A stretch of 64,000 bases of DNA from Candidatus Bathyarchaeota archaeon (GCA_963815095.1 CAWFFH010000004.1:96001-160000), one strand, 5' to 3'; positions 31,184 through 41,876 are shown, numbered from the stretch's first letter. Translations and numbers: made by a program. The notes: a model not told the origin generated them from the letters alone.

Positions 31184-32815
31184 TTGAGCTTTGAAATTAA
31201 AGAAAAAGATTTGCTGGCCAGAATAGGTAAACTAAAAACTAAAAGCGGCACAATAGAAACACCGCTTTTATTCCCAGTTATTAATCCCAGCATCCAACCT
31301 ATCCCGCCGCAAAAACTCAAGGATACCTTCGGGTTCCAAGCAGTTATAACAAACTCTTACATCATCAAAAAACGGTACGACAACAAGCCCATAGAACTTG
31401 GCTTACACAAGTTTCTGGATTATGACGGTGCCATCATGACCGATTCAGGCGCCTACCAAATTCTGGTCTACGGGGACATTGATGTTTCCCAAAAAGAAAT
31501 CGTGGCTTACCAAGAGGGCATCGGAAGTGACATCGCTACCATTCTTGACATTCCTACAGGCTGGAAAGTAACCAAAGAACAAGCGGAAGTCACGGTGGCA
31601 GAGACCCTTCGGCGAGCCAAGGCCTTTTTCGAGGAAAAAACTCGTGACGACATCTTGTGGGTTGGTCCTGTGCAGGGTGGAAAACACCTTGATTTGGTGG
31701 CTAATTCGGCGGTTGAAATGGGAAAGTTGCCCTTCCAAATTCACGCGTTGGGTAGTCCAACCGAAGTTATGGAAAGCTACCGCTACGACGTATTAGCTGA
31801 TATGATATTAACTTGCAAAAAGGGAATCCCAATTGAGCGTCCGTTGCACCTTTTTGGCGCTGGACACCCCTCCATGTTCGCGTTGGCAGTTGCATTGGGT
31901 TGTGACCTCTTCGACTCAGCAGCTTATGCACTGTATGCTCGGGAAAATCGTTACATGACCGCGGAAGGCACATGGCGCTTAAATGAAATGGATTATTTTC
32001 CCTGCAGTTGTCCACGATGCTCCACAGAAACACCAAGAGGCTTAGAGAAAAAATCGCCCAATGAAAGGGAAGTTTTCTTAGCAGAACACAACTTGTATGT
32101 TTGCCTTGCGGAACTCAAGAGCATAAAGCAAGCAATAAGAGATGGCAGGCTCTGGGAACACACCGAAATGCGAGTCCACGCCCACCCAGCATTACTCTCA
32201 GCCCTTAAACACTTACGCAACCACGCAGGCTTCATAGAAAAATACAGCCCAACGGCAAAAACCAGTGGGTTTTTCTACTTCGACTCTGTGGGGCTAGCAC
32301 GACCAGAAATTACTCATTACCGCAACCGTTTAACCGAACGATATTCCTCACCCGTAGACTTAAAGGTGCTTTTGCTTGTACCACAAACCCGAAACAAACC
32401 TTTCCATAAAGCACCCGAATTCAAGAAAATCAGGCAACTATTCAGAAGTTTAGGTAAAGAACTTTCTGCTAAAGTTCATGTTTGCGTTTATTCGGCTCCG
32501 TTTGGCTTGGTTCCCTTAGAGCTCGATGAGGTTTATCCTTTGTCTCAGCATGAAGCTTCGCATCCGTTTGATTTGGAAACCATAGAGTATGTTGCAAGCC
32601 AAACTGCATGGTACATCATGCGTTCAAATTACGAGAGTGTGGTTTTGCTAAATGATCCCAAACATTGGGCAGACATTGTCAAAAAAACAGTTGCATCCGC
32701 TTGTAGTGGCAAGGGTTTACCTTTTGACTCCGTCGACGCAAACGTGCAGGGGAGCAGAGAAATTTTTAGCCAATTAGAGAGTATTTTACGGGAGAAGTTG
32801 ACTGCGCAAACTTAA
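31184..32815 (+). CDS. tgtA: Archaeosine tRNA-guanine(15) transglycosylase
   Basis: MTDSGAYQ, HLFGAGHP, DLFDSAAY, CSCPRC..HNL Zn site; no C-terminal PUA domain seen. Confidence 0.93.
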   Translation: MSFEIKEKDLLARIGKLKTKSGTIETPLLFPVINPSIQPIPPQKLKDTFGFQAVITNSYIIKKRYDNKPIELGLHKFLDYDGAIMTDSGAYQILVYGDIDVSQKEIVAYQEGIGSDIATILDIPTGWKVTKEQAEVTVAETLRRAKAFFEEKTRDDILWVGPVQGGKHLDLVANSAVEMGKLPFQIHALGSPTEVMESYRYDVLADMILTCKKGIPIERPLHLFGAGHPSMFALAVALGCDLFDSAAYALYARENRYMTAEGTWRLNEMDYFPCSCPRCSTETPRGLEKKSPNEREVFLAEHNLYVCLAELKSIKQAIRDGRLWEHTEMRVHAHPALLSALKHLRNHAGFIEKYSPTAKTSGFFYFDSVGLARPEITHYRNRLTERYSSPVDLKVLLLVPQTRNKPFHKAPEFKKIRQLFRSLGKELSAKVHVCVYSAPFGLVPLELDEVYPLSQHEASHPFDLETIEYVASQTAWYIMRSNYESVVLLNDPKHWADIVKKTVASACSGKGLPFDSVDANVQGSREIFSQLESILREKLTAQT

Positions 32816-32871
32816 CGCAAATAACTTGGGAAACTTTTTTTACCTGATCCGCCGAAGTATATTTAGTAAAC

Positions 32872-33513
32872 TTGCCCTGTTGTATTACTGGAGATGTAAA
32901 TATAGAACCCATATTCGCCGATTTCCACATCCACTCAATTTACTCGGCAGACTCCGTTATCCAGCCTAAAACACTTATTGAAATGCTTACGGCGCACAGT
33001 TTTATTAAAGTTGCAGCTGTGACCGACCATGACAGTACACGCGGATGCAGAGCAACAGTCGAGTTAGCTTCCGCTTACCCGGACATCTTGATAATTCCAG
33101 GCGTGGAAATCAGCACCGTGGAGGGGGATATAGTGGTTTTGGGAACTTATGAGTTGCCGCCTAAACCTTGGACTCCTGAAGTCGTCGCTGATTTTGCACG
33201 GTCGGTTGGTGGCGTATCCATTGTGGCTCATCCCTTCAGGACATACGGCATGGGCGAACGCGCCCGAAATTACAAAGTGGATGCTATAGAAGTCTTAAAC
33301 GGCGGGTCCAGCCAAGAAGCGAATAAAGAAGCGAAGGAGTTTGCTAAAAGCTTAGGTTTGCCTGGTACCGCGGGAAGTGACGCCCATCAAGTTTCAGAAT
33401 TATTCAGCGTTTACAATAAGGTTGAGGCTTCTCTGGACGTGGATTCAGTTTTGAAGGCCATTAAGAATGGTTCTGTTTCTGCACAGACGAACCGAGGGTC
33501 AATACATTTTTAA
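32872..33513 (+). CDS. PHP-domain metal-dependent phosphoesterase
   Basis: DFHIHS..S.DS, VTDHD, PGVEIS, AHPFR, GSDAH. Confidence 0.88.
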   Translation: MPCCITGDVNIEPIFADFHIHSIYSADSVIQPKTLIEMLTAHSFIKVAAVTDHDSTRGCRATVELASAYPDILIIPGVEISTVEGDIVVLGTYELPPKPWTPEVVADFARSVGGVSIVAHPFRTYGMGERARNYKVDAIEVLNGGSSQEANKEAKEFAKSLGLPGTAGSDAHQVSELFSVYNKVEASLDVDSVLKAIKNGSVSAQTNRGSIHF

Positions 33514-33567
33514 AACAGCTTATTTCCTTTTTAATTGTTAAGTATCAAAGAATGTGGATTGGTCTGT

Positions 33568-34824
33568 TTGCAAATTGGATTTTTAGGTGGAGCACGCGAA
33601 GTCGGTAGAATTGGAGTAACCGTTAAAACAGAGAAGACGCAGGTTGTCTGCGATTACGGTGTTATGCTTGATAACGAGCCAGGTTTCCCGATGCATGTTC
33701 CCCCAAAAGATGTTGACGCAGTGATTTTGACTCATAGCCACCTAGATCATTCAGGGGCCATTCCCATTTTCTACATCAATGACAAAATGCCCCTATATAC
33801 AAACAAACTCAATTTGGAATTAACACAGCTTCTTGTGCAGGACTTTATTCACTTATCTGGTTACTATTTGCCCTTTGAATATCTTGAATTAAAAACTATG
33901 ATGAAAAACAACCATCACCTGGACTTTGGACAGGAAGAAACTGTGGGCGACATGAAACTGAAACTTTTCAACGCAGGTCACACTCCGGGAAGTGCGAGTG
34001 TGTTATTGGAAGGTGAGGGTAAGCGCTTTTTGTACACTGGAGATTTCAATTTGGAAGAAAGCAAACTTTTGCCGCCCGCATACATGGATTACGGGAACTT
34101 AGATGCAGTTGTTATTGAAAGCACTTACGCCGACGCCGACCACACTCCACGACCTGAGCTGGAAAAGCAATTCGTTGAAGCATGCACTGACGTGGTTGAA
34201 ACGGGTGGAACTGTTCTTGTTCCAGCATTTGGAGTAGGTCGCTCGCAAGAGATGGCAACTATCTTAGCTGCCCACCACTTCAAGCACCCAGTAATCTTAG
34301 ATGGCATGGCAAGAGAAGCTAGTCGAGTTATCATGAACTACAAGGAATTTCTCAGAGATCCCAAACTCTTCATGAATGCAATGCACTCTGCAGAGTGGGT
34401 TGAGGGATGGCGAGATAGACGTAAAGCCCTCAAGACTCCAGGAGTAATTATTTCCACTGCCGGCATGCTTAAAGGCGGACCAGCAGCATTCTACGTTTCA
34501 AAGCTTGGCAAAAGAGCCAACAACGCCGTTTTCCTTGTTAGCTATCAAATTCCAGGCACTCCTGGACGTGAACTCATGGAGAAAGGCGTCTGCACAATCG
34601 ATGGGCAAGTCCAGAAAATCAAAGCACATTACCGCCACTTCGATTTCTCGTCACACTGCGGTGCAAGCCTACTCAAAGAATCCTTAAAACGAATTGGCGG
34701 CAACCCCAAAGTTTTCGTTGTCCACGGCGCAGAAGGTAATTGTGAACTTTTCGCAAACTGGGCAAAAACCGATTTAGGGTTGGACGCTGTCGCCCCGCGA
34801 ACGGGAGAAACCTATCAAATATAG
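33568..34824 (+). CDS. Beta-CASP MBL-fold ribonuclease (aCPSF2-like)
   Basis: GFLGGAREVGR, THSHLDHSG, AGHTPGS, ESTY, PAFGVGRSQE, FSSH. Confidence 0.88.
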   Translation: MQIGFLGGAREVGRIGVTVKTEKTQVVCDYGVMLDNEPGFPMHVPPKDVDAVILTHSHLDHSGAIPIFYINDKMPLYTNKLNLELTQLLVQDFIHLSGYYLPFEYLELKTMMKNNHHLDFGQEETVGDMKLKLFNAGHTPGSASVLLEGEGKRFLYTGDFNLEESKLLPPAYMDYGNLDAVVIESTYADADHTPRPELEKQFVEACTDVVETGGTVLVPAFGVGRSQEMATILAAHHFKHPVILDGMAREASRVIMNYKEFLRDPKLFMNAMHSAEWVEGWRDRRKALKTPGVIISTAGMLKGGPAAFYVSKLGKRANNAVFLVSYQIPGTPGRELMEKGVCTIDGQVQKIKAHYRHFDFSSHCGASLLKESLKRIGGNPKVFVVHGAEGNCELFANWAKTDLGLDAVAPRTGETYQI

Positions 34825-34836
34825 GCCGCAAAAAAT

Positions 34837-35399
34837 ATGAAAGTCGGGATTTTGCAGGTTGGGCAAATTGCTCCCGAGGTTTTAGTTGGAATACAGAGGA
34901 TGGTTTAGTAAAAACTTTTCCTAACACCAGCGCCGCTGTAATCTCAGAAGTTTTGCCTGTTTCCCAAAACGCTTTTGATAAGAAACGCAACCAATACAAC
35001 TCCAACATTATCCTAAACGAAATCAAGATCTATGCCGCTAAAAACACAGATTTTAACCGCGTTTTAGGCATGGTGAACGCGGACATCTTCGCATCAGGCT
35101 TAAACTATGTGTTTGGTGAAGCCTTCACTCCAGGAAAAGCTGCGTTGATTTCGCTTTGGCGTCTAAAACCAGAATTCTACAAAGACAAATCAAATGTATC
35201 ACTTTACAAATTGCGGACGCTTAAGGAAGCAATTCACGAAGTGGGGCACACTTTGGGTGTGCGGCATTGTATCCACTCTTTTTGTGTAATGCATTTCTCT
35301 AACTCGATTTTTGACACTGATAAGAAGCAAAACTTATTGTGTGACGAATGTTACTTGCAAGCGGCAATAGCTATAGCCAATTTAAGGGAAGGCACGTGA
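34837..35399 (+). CDS. amzA: Archaemetzincin zinc protease, apparent frameshift near 34897
   Basis: HEVGHTLGVRHC..CVMHFS..D.K..LCDEC. The natural N-terminus MKVGILQVG (ATG 34837) is out of frame with the body. Confidence 0.82.
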
Positions 35400-36283
35400 C
35401 TGAGCAACCAAAACCACAAGAGAAAGAGGACAAATTCAAATTTGAAATTGTCTATTTGGTTCCATTACTTGCAAGCATGCTTTTCGGTTTAGGCTGCGCT
35501 TATCTGCTTGTACCCCAGCAGTCCGAAGCTATTCCTGTCACTCCCATTCCTGAAAGCATTCCCGGCGCACCGTTTGGCAACGCATTGTACTTTGTGGTCC
35601 TTATTGCTATAAGCGCATTCTTGTTCTATTTTCTGCTCAAAAGGAAAAGTAAAAACATAATCAAAGGCTTAATTGTGGTGGCGTTGACGATGGCGTCTTT
35701 GCTTTTGTCAGTGGTTTATTTGTCAGCAATTTTAGTGTATATTCCCCTCTTAGATAACATGTGGGTATTGATTAGTTTGTCCGTTATTTTGATGATCCTC
35801 TTTGACCTCTCTATTTTCCGCTTTGGAAGTATAGCTCGAAACGTTGCGGTTGTTGCCATTGGCGGCGCGTTAGGAATATTCTTTGCCTTCTCTATCCCTC
35901 TATACAGTGCAGTGATAATCCTCATTTTTCTGGCAATTTACGACGTTTTCGCGGTCTATAAGGGTCCAGTGGGCAAAATTGCGGCCTCAGGTCTTGACCA
36001 GTTGCAGGGTTTGAGTTTTTCCTTCAAGGATATCCAGATGGGTCTTGGCGATCTTGTATTCTACTCAATGCTTGTGGGAGTTATGTTCTTTAGTTACCAG
36101 CAAAGCATTCTGCCAACCATAATGGCGATTGTGGGCATCTTAGCAGGCTCTATCATAACCTTTTTCGCTTTAGAGAAAAAAAGTGTCTTCCCTGGTTTGC
36201 CGTTCCCAATTATGCTTGGATTAGCCGGTGGACTAATATCCGCTTTGATTTTGGGTTTACCTTTTCCAAACTCTTTTGTATAG
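35396..36283 (+). CDS. Presenilin/SPP-like GxGD intramembrane aspartyl protease
   Basis: LAIYD, MGLGDLVFY, PGLP (PAL-like); multi-TM; GTG overlaps the amzA stop. Confidence 0.85.
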   Translation: MTEQPKPQEKEDKFKFEIVYLVPLLASMLFGLGCAYLLVPQQSEAIPVTPIPESIPGAPFGNALYFVVLIAISAFLFYFLLKRKSKNIIKGLIVVALTMASLLLSVVYLSAILVYIPLLDNMWVLISLSVILMILFDLSIFRFGSIARNVAVVAIGGALGIFFAFSIPLYSAVIILIFLAIYDVFAVYKGPVGKIAASGLDQLQGLSFSFKDIQMGLGDLVFYSMLVGVMFFSYQQSILPTIMAIVGILAGSIITFFALEKKSVFPGLPFPIMLGLAGGLISALILGLPFPNSFV

Positions 36284-36375
36284 TTTTCGACCTTTTACGG
36301 TTTTTATCTAAATCATAAACGTTTAAAACTCTCTTCAAACCATAAACAACCGGTGTCTTTACGGAAAAATCAGCA

Positions 36376-37194
36376 GTGGCGATTGTTAAGGGCGAACGTG
36401 GGCATGAAGCCGTTTTTAAAGCATTAGATCTGATAGATTACGAATCTGCATTGGTTGGCTTTAAGAAGGTTCTAATCAAAGTCAACTTTATCACGACCAT
36501 GACTTGGGACACTGGGGCCACAACCGACCCAATAGTGGTTGAGGCGATAATTCAGCGTCTAAAGAAGCTGCCAGTGGAAATCTTTGTTGTAGAATCTGAT
36601 GCGACCATGACAAACGCGGACAAGGCCTTCGAAGCTACTGGCATGGCGGAGATGTGCAAGCAATATAGCGTAAAATGCCTAAACTTGCGTCATGAAAAAG
36701 ACAAGGTTAAAATTAAAATTCCCAATGGAGAATGCCTCAAAGACATAACCGTTCCCCGAATTGTGACGGAATCCGCCATAATTAGCGCTGCCAAAATGAA
36801 AACCCACATGGCAACCAAAGTTACGTTAGGCATGAAAAACATGTTTGGTATGTTACCTGACAAAATGAAGTTCAAGTACCACGCTCGTGGTATAAGCAAA
36901 GTCATAGTCGACGTAAACACCGTAATAAAACCAAATCTAACTGTAATTGATGGCTTCGTAGCCATGGAAGGACGTGGACCAACCGACGGCTCACCTGTCA
37001 AAATGGACCTTATTATCGCGGGAAAAGATCCTGTCGCAACTGACGCCACATGTGCACGAGTTATGGGATTAGATCCACACGAAATCAGCCATATACGCAC
37101 TGCTAATCAGAAGGGTATAGGTAATATTGATGAAATAGAAGTTGTGGGCTGCAGTATTGAAGAGGTTAAACGTTCCTTTAAAAAGGGCTGGTAG
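36376..37194 (+). CDS. DUF362 family protein
   Basis: VLIKVN, TTDP, KMKTH, TLGMKN.FG, IDG..AMEG.GP..G, DPVATD. Confidence 0.85.
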   Translation: MAIVKGERGHEAVFKALDLIDYESALVGFKKVLIKVNFITTMTWDTGATTDPIVVEAIIQRLKKLPVEIFVVESDATMTNADKAFEATGMAEMCKQYSVKCLNLRHEKDKVKIKIPNGECLKDITVPRIVTESAIISAAKMKTHMATKVTLGMKNMFGMLPDKMKFKYHARGISKVIVDVNTVIKPNLTVIDGFVAMEGRGPTDGSPVKMDLIIAGKDPVATDATCARVMGLDPHEISHIRTANQKGIGNIDEIEVVGCSIEEVKRSFKKGW

Positions 37195-37381
37195 ATCCCT
37201 ACCCGTAATAGGGCAACTCTTCTAGTAAATCGTTAAACTAATCACACGCCGAAATGAAGCGGTAGCGCCTTTTTTCGTTATATTGTATTTGTTGAATTTA
37301 TTGGCAATAACCAAAATAGCCTCTGAATCATTAACGCTTTAAATAACAATTATTGCTAAATGGATACAAGTGAAAACTCTA

Positions 37382-38236
37382 ATGAGTCAACGACTGACGG
37401 TTTATTCTGATGGTGGGGCAAGAGGGAACCCTGGACCTGCAGCCATTGCCTTTCTTGCCCTAAACGAGCAAGGCGAAACTGTAAAAGCCGATACTCAATA
37501 CATCGGCATCCACACCAATAATCAGGCAGAGTACGAAGCCTTACTCTTAGCATTAAATTATGCCGTTGAAGTTAATGCGTCTGAAGTTGCCTGTTATCTT
37601 GACAGTGAACTTGTCACCAAACAACTTAATGGTGAATATGCTGTAAAAGATAACCTGCTTCAGCAGTATTGGCGCAAAGTCCGTGAAATCAAACCCTGTT
37701 TCAAAAAAATCAGTTTCTACAACGTGCGCAGAAGTCACCCTCAAATTCAATGCGCAGACGACTTGGTTAACGAAACACTGGATAAACAAACCAAGCTAAA
37801 GAATAATAGTTCATTTGAGTCTGTTAGAGAATCACCTGAGGGAAAGACAATGTTTGCTCATGTAAGCATCAGGATAAGCAACATGGAACGTTCCATCGAT
37901 TTTTACTCCAAATTCTTCGGCTTAAAACTTTTGAACCGAAGAGAAATTAAGCAAACCAATTCTGAAATCGCTTTTTTGCAAGATGCAGCGGGGAAAGGTT
38001 GCACGTTGGAATTAACCTTCTACCGCAATCAAACCAGGTTTGCTCAACCCGCTTACGAAGAGCGGTTGTTTGACCATTTAGGCTTCGAAGTTGCCGATAT
38101 GAACAAAACCCTTACAACTATGCGCAAAGAAAACGTAATAGTGACCGATGAACCATTCAAGCTTAACGAGAAAACGACCCTTGCCTTTATCGAAGACCCC
38201 GACGGTACACTCATTGAGTTAATTGAGCGAAAATAA
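37382..38236 (+). CDS. Ribonuclease HI fused to a VOC/glyoxalase domain
   Basis: SDGGARGNPGPA, TNNQAEY, DSELV (RNase HI); then HVSIR..SIDFY, LEL, DHLGFEV, FIEDPDG.LIEL (VOC). Confidence 0.85.
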   Translation: MSQRLTVYSDGGARGNPGPAAIAFLALNEQGETVKADTQYIGIHTNNQAEYEALLLALNYAVEVNASEVACYLDSELVTKQLNGEYAVKDNLLQQYWRKVREIKPCFKKISFYNVRRSHPQIQCADDLVNETLDKQTKLKNNSSFESVRESPEGKTMFAHVSIRISNMERSIDFYSKFFGLKLLNRREIKQTNSEIAFLQDAAGKGCTLELTFYRNQTRFAQPAYEERLFDHLGFEVADMNKTLTTMRKENVIVTDEPFKLNEKTTLAFIEDPDGTLIELIERK

Positions 38237-38280
38237 AGTGTTCCGGATAGAACTTGTATTTGGTGTTGATTGAAAGAGCA

Positions 38281-38934
38281 TTATTTGTCTCTGCTAAAAA
38301 AGTAGATAAAAAGGCATTTCCAAGTTGCACCGGTTATCCTCAAGTTGGCTCGTAATGTGCCACCGATTCTGGGTTTACTGCGTCTAGCTGGAGCATCATA
38401 CTTTATCTCGCCAATCTTAAAACCCCTTTTTTTAGCAACAACCCACAGTTCACCGCCAAAAGTTTCACCACCCCTCAAGTTAGATGCCAGTGTTTCTTTT
38501 TTGTATACCCTAAAATTAGAATAAAAATCTGAAACGCCGCAAAGTTTGCCCAAAGTTTTAGAAGCAACCCGTTCAGAAAATCTGGGAACAACTTTTCGTG
38601 ATGCAACCACTAAATCATAAACACTCAATTTATCGACAAGGCTGAGTATGAGTTCGGGGCTGTTCTCTAAATCGGAATCAATGGTTACTATAACTGGGAA
38701 TTTTGCATGTTTTGTTCCAAACAGTAAACCTTTAGTTTGTCCTTCTCGAATTTTTCCAATAGCCACATCTGCAACGTTTCTGGAGACTTCGAGGGTTCCG
38801 TCCGATGAGCTGTCATCAACAACTATTATTTCGTTTGGAATGGTTTGAAGAGTTGTCCTTATTCTGCGAATTAGTTCCTCTATGTTTTCTCTTTCATTCC
38901 ACGTGGTGGTCACCACAGATACACCCTGGCTCAT
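38281..38934 (-). CDS. GT2 glycosyltransferase (polyprenol-phosphate mannosyltransferase-like)
   Basis: TWNERENI, VVDDSSSDGT, TIDSDL, VVASR. Confidence 0.85.
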   Translation of the reverse strand: MSQGVSVVTTTWNERENIEELIRRIRTTLQTIPNEIIVVDDSSSDGTLEVSRNVADVAIGKIREGQTKGLLFGTKHAKFPVIVTIDSDLENSPELILSLVDKLSVYDLVVASRKVVPRFSERVASKTLGKLCGVSDFYSNFRVYKKETLASNLRGGETFGGELWVVAKKRGFKIGEIKYDAPARRSKPRIGGTLRANLRITGATWKCLFIYFFSRDK

Positions 38935-39164
38935 TCTTTTGTTAGCATCCTTGAATAGTCAATAACTTTCCGGATGTTATAAGCTGTTTTGTGGTTAAAT
39001 TATCGGAAAACTCGATTCGAATTAGTGTTCGGTTTTTTCTCTGATTCAGATGGTTTTTCGGTCATATTCCACACGAAAACAACATCGCAATATTAAAATA
39101 ATTGGAAGGACTGATGTGTTAACGAATTCCAAAAATTAGGATAAATTAATAGAGGCTATGAAAA

Positions 39165-40472
39165 ATGAGCAAACAAGAAGGAAAACCCCACCTAAACATT
39201 ATCATCATGGGGCACGTTGACAACGGAAAATCAACAACCACAGGACACTTACTTTACTTAGCAGGTGTTATCGACCAACGAACAATCGATGCTTACAAAG
39301 CCGAAGCCGAACAAATGGGCAAAACAACATTCCATTTCGCTTGGGTTTTAGACAACCTGAAGGAAGAACGAGAACGAGGTGTCACAATTGACCTTCGATT
39401 CCTGCAATTCCCAACCAAGAAATACAACATGACTGTTATTGATGCGCCAGGCCACAGAGACTTCATTAAAAACATGATCACGGGAGCAAGCCAAGCCGAT
39501 GCCGCAGTTCTTTTTAGCTCAGCTAAAAAAGGCGAGTTCGAAGCAGGAATTGGAGCAGGCGGTCAAACTCGTGAGCACGCATTCTTAGCATTCACTTTAG
39601 GTATACGTCAACTAATAGTTGCCATTAACAAGATGGATGATGCCTCCGTTAACTGGAGTAAAGATCGTTACGACGAAATGAAGAACGAAATCACAAGAAT
39701 GATCAAGATGGTTGGCTACAAGATTGAGAAAGTTAACTTCGTTCCGGTCTCTGGCTGGACAGGCGACAACTTGATCAAGAAGAGTGAAAAGATGCCATGG
39801 TACACAGGTCCAACTTTAATGGAAGCATTCGATCTTCTCGAGATTCCAGCAAAACCAACCAACAAACCACTCCGCATTCCAATCCAAGATGTTTACAGCA
39901 TCACAGGTATCGGTACAGTACCCGTTGGCAGAGTCGAAACAGGCATTCTAAAACCAGGTCAAACCCTTATCTTCATGCCATCAAATAAGACTGCTGAAAT
40001 TAAATCAATCGAAATGCACCATACACAAATCCCAATGGCTGAACCAGGCGATAACATCGGAATGAACGTTAGAGGCATCTCAAAGACTGATGTTCACCGC
40101 GGAGACGTTGCAGGTCCAGTGGACAACCCACCAACAGTCGCAAAAGAATTCATCGGACAAATCATCGTTATTTACCACCCAACAGCAATCGCAGCAGGAT
40201 ACACCCCAGTACTTCACTATCACACAGGACAAATCGCAGTTAAATTCACCGAACTAATCAAGAAAATTGATCCACGCACAGGCCAAGTATCCGAAGAGCA
40301 CCCGAGCTACCTCAAAACAGGAGACGCAGCATGGGTACGAATGGAACCACTTCACCCAATCGCAGTCGAAGCATTCATTGACTTCCCAGAACTCGGTAGA
40401 TTTGCAATACGAGACATGGGTACCACTGTTGCAGCAGGAGCAATCAAAGAAATCACCAAAAAGGGTCCATAA
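39165..40472 (+). CDS. tuf: Translation elongation factor EF-1alpha
   Basis: GHVDNGKST, ERERGVTID, DAPGHRDF, NKMD, LGRFAIRDMG. Confidence 0.97.
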   Translation: MSKQEGKPHLNIIIMGHVDNGKSTTTGHLLYLAGVIDQRTIDAYKAEAEQMGKTTFHFAWVLDNLKEERERGVTIDLRFLQFPTKKYNMTVIDAPGHRDFIKNMITGASQADAAVLFSSAKKGEFEAGIGAGGQTREHAFLAFTLGIRQLIVAINKMDDASVNWSKDRYDEMKNEITRMIKMVGYKIEKVNFVPVSGWTGDNLIKKSEKMPWYTGPTLMEAFDLLEIPAKPTNKPLRIPIQDVYSITGIGTVPVGRVETGILKPGQTLIFMPSNKTAEIKSIEMHHTQIPMAEPGDNIGMNVRGISKTDVHRGDVAGPVDNPPTVAKEFIGQIIVIYHPTAIAAGYTPVLHYHTGQIAVKFTELIKKIDPRTGQVSEEHPSYLKTGDAAWVRMEPLHPIAVEAFIDFPELGRFAIRDMGTTVAAGAIKEITKKGP

Positions 40473-40473
40473 A

Positions 40474-40505
40474 CCCCTTTCATTTTATTTTTTGTTTATT
40501 TATTA
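40474..40505 (+). terminator. T-rich archaeal terminator after tuf
   Basis: CCCCTTTCATTTTATTTTTTGTTTATTT directly after the stop. Confidence 0.55.
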
Positions 40506-40667
40506 AATTATGTTTTCGAAAGAGCTCTGACTATTTAGTGTAACCTCTATTAAACACAACCTTTTCTTAAAAGATAACGTAAATTTTTTGTAGCTTGTTG
40601 TTGTATTATGGCAGTCACAAGTATTTTTATCGCGTGTTGGCAAGTGCTTTTTGTAAGGTGTGGACCA

Positions 40668-40817
40668 ATGGATCATCAAAATGGCTCAACTTGTTTAATA
40701 AAAAAGGAATCAGTAAAAGGTGAGGAAAGTTTGGATTATGTTTGCTTGAGCGATGTGCCTTTGGAAATAAGGCGAAAAGAAGCCAAAAAACCTTTGTTCC
40801 TTATTAGGTATGAGTAA
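40668..40817 (+). CDS. Small hypothetical protein (49 aa; alternative TTG start at 40731)
   Basis: TATA-like TTTTTAT upstream, AAGGTG SD before ATG, internal GGTGAGG SD before in-frame TTG. Confidence 0.45.
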   Translation: MDHQNGSTCLIKKESVKGEESLDYVCLSDVPLEIRRKEAKKPLFLIRYE

Positions 40818-40964
40818 ACAATTTAGAGTGTCTTCATACTTTTAAATTTAGCAGTTTTAGCTTTGAATCTTTTATTTTCAATTTTATTTTTTGATTATTC
40901 TTTTAGGTGGGTAGCGGAAGTAAAATAAACCTCAAGTTCTGGTTACCTAAGCAGAGTTGATCGT

Positions 40965-41696
40965 ATGTCTGGCACCGAAACGTTGGTTCCCTTCATTGGT
41001 GAAAAAAAGAAACCTGGCGAAGAACCAACCATAATTATAGATAGCCGTGAGGCAAACAGCGCTGAAAAAATTGTCAAAGGTCTAGTTGAGAAGGGCGCAA
41101 GCGTAAAAACTGAAATGCTTGAGAAAGGCGACTACATCCTCTCTGACCAATGTGCAGTTGAACGTAAAACAGTCAACGACTTTGTCTACACTCTCACCAG
41201 ACGCTACCTCTTTGAACAACTCTTTAGGTTAAAAGATGTTTACCCAAAATCCCTCATAGTCCTCGAAGGTTATATGCCAATAGTTTTCAAGTACAGCAAG
41301 ATTTCGCCGCAAGCAATCTGGGGTGCCATGTTTAACCTTGCAAAAAACGGCATCGCTATAGTCAGCACTTCTTCGTACAAAGAAACCGTTGATTTCCTGT
41401 ACACAGCTGCCAAGCAGGAGCAAATTGTGGAGAAAAGAAGCGCGGTTGTTCATGCGTTCAAAAAATGTGACACCCTATCGGATGCTCAAGTCTATTTTAT
41501 CGCCAGTTTACCTAGCATTGGACGCGAAAAGGCGACGGCTATTTTAGATTCTTATCAGACACCACTTAACGCATTGATTAACGTGGACGATTGGGAGAAA
41601 GCTGTGAATGGTTTGGGTCCAGTAATTACAAATCGGGTAAAGGATGTTTTGAGTACGCCCTACAAGGATAAGAAATGTGAAGAAATTCAGCCGTAA
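40965..41696 (+). CDS. xpf: XPF/ERCC4 structure-specific endonuclease (short form, nuclease plus HhH)
   Basis: IDSRE, GDYI, VERKT..D, LPSIG and GLG HhH motifs. Confidence 0.88.
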   Translation: MSGTETLVPFIGEKKKPGEEPTIIIDSREANSAEKIVKGLVEKGASVKTEMLEKGDYILSDQCAVERKTVNDFVYTLTRRYLFEQLFRLKDVYPKSLIVLEGYMPIVFKYSKISPQAIWGAMFNLAKNGIAIVSTSSYKETVDFLYTAAKQEQIVEKRSAVVHAFKKCDTLSDAQVYFIASLPSIGREKATAILDSYQTPLNALINVDDWEKAVNGLGPVITNRVKDVLSTPYKDKKCEEIQP

Positions 41697-41798
41697 CTTT
41701 TTCATTGTATATTAAAACAAACCTTAACCGCTAAAGTTTAAAGCCAAGCCAACATTAATTTAAGAACCCGACCAAAAACAAAGCAAATATGTTGCTAT

Positions 41799-41876
41799 GG
41801 GGCCGTCGGCTAGTTTGGTCCAGGCTTGTAGCCTCGGGCGCTATAGACCCCGGTTCAAATCCGGGCGGCCCCACCA
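41799..41876 (+). tRNA. tRNA-Pro(CGG), intronless, CCA encoded
   Basis: GGGGCCG/CGGCCCC acceptor stem; GTAGC-CTCGGGC-GCTAT anticodon arm; CCCGG-TTCAAAT-CCGGG T arm; ends ACCA. Confidence 0.95.
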
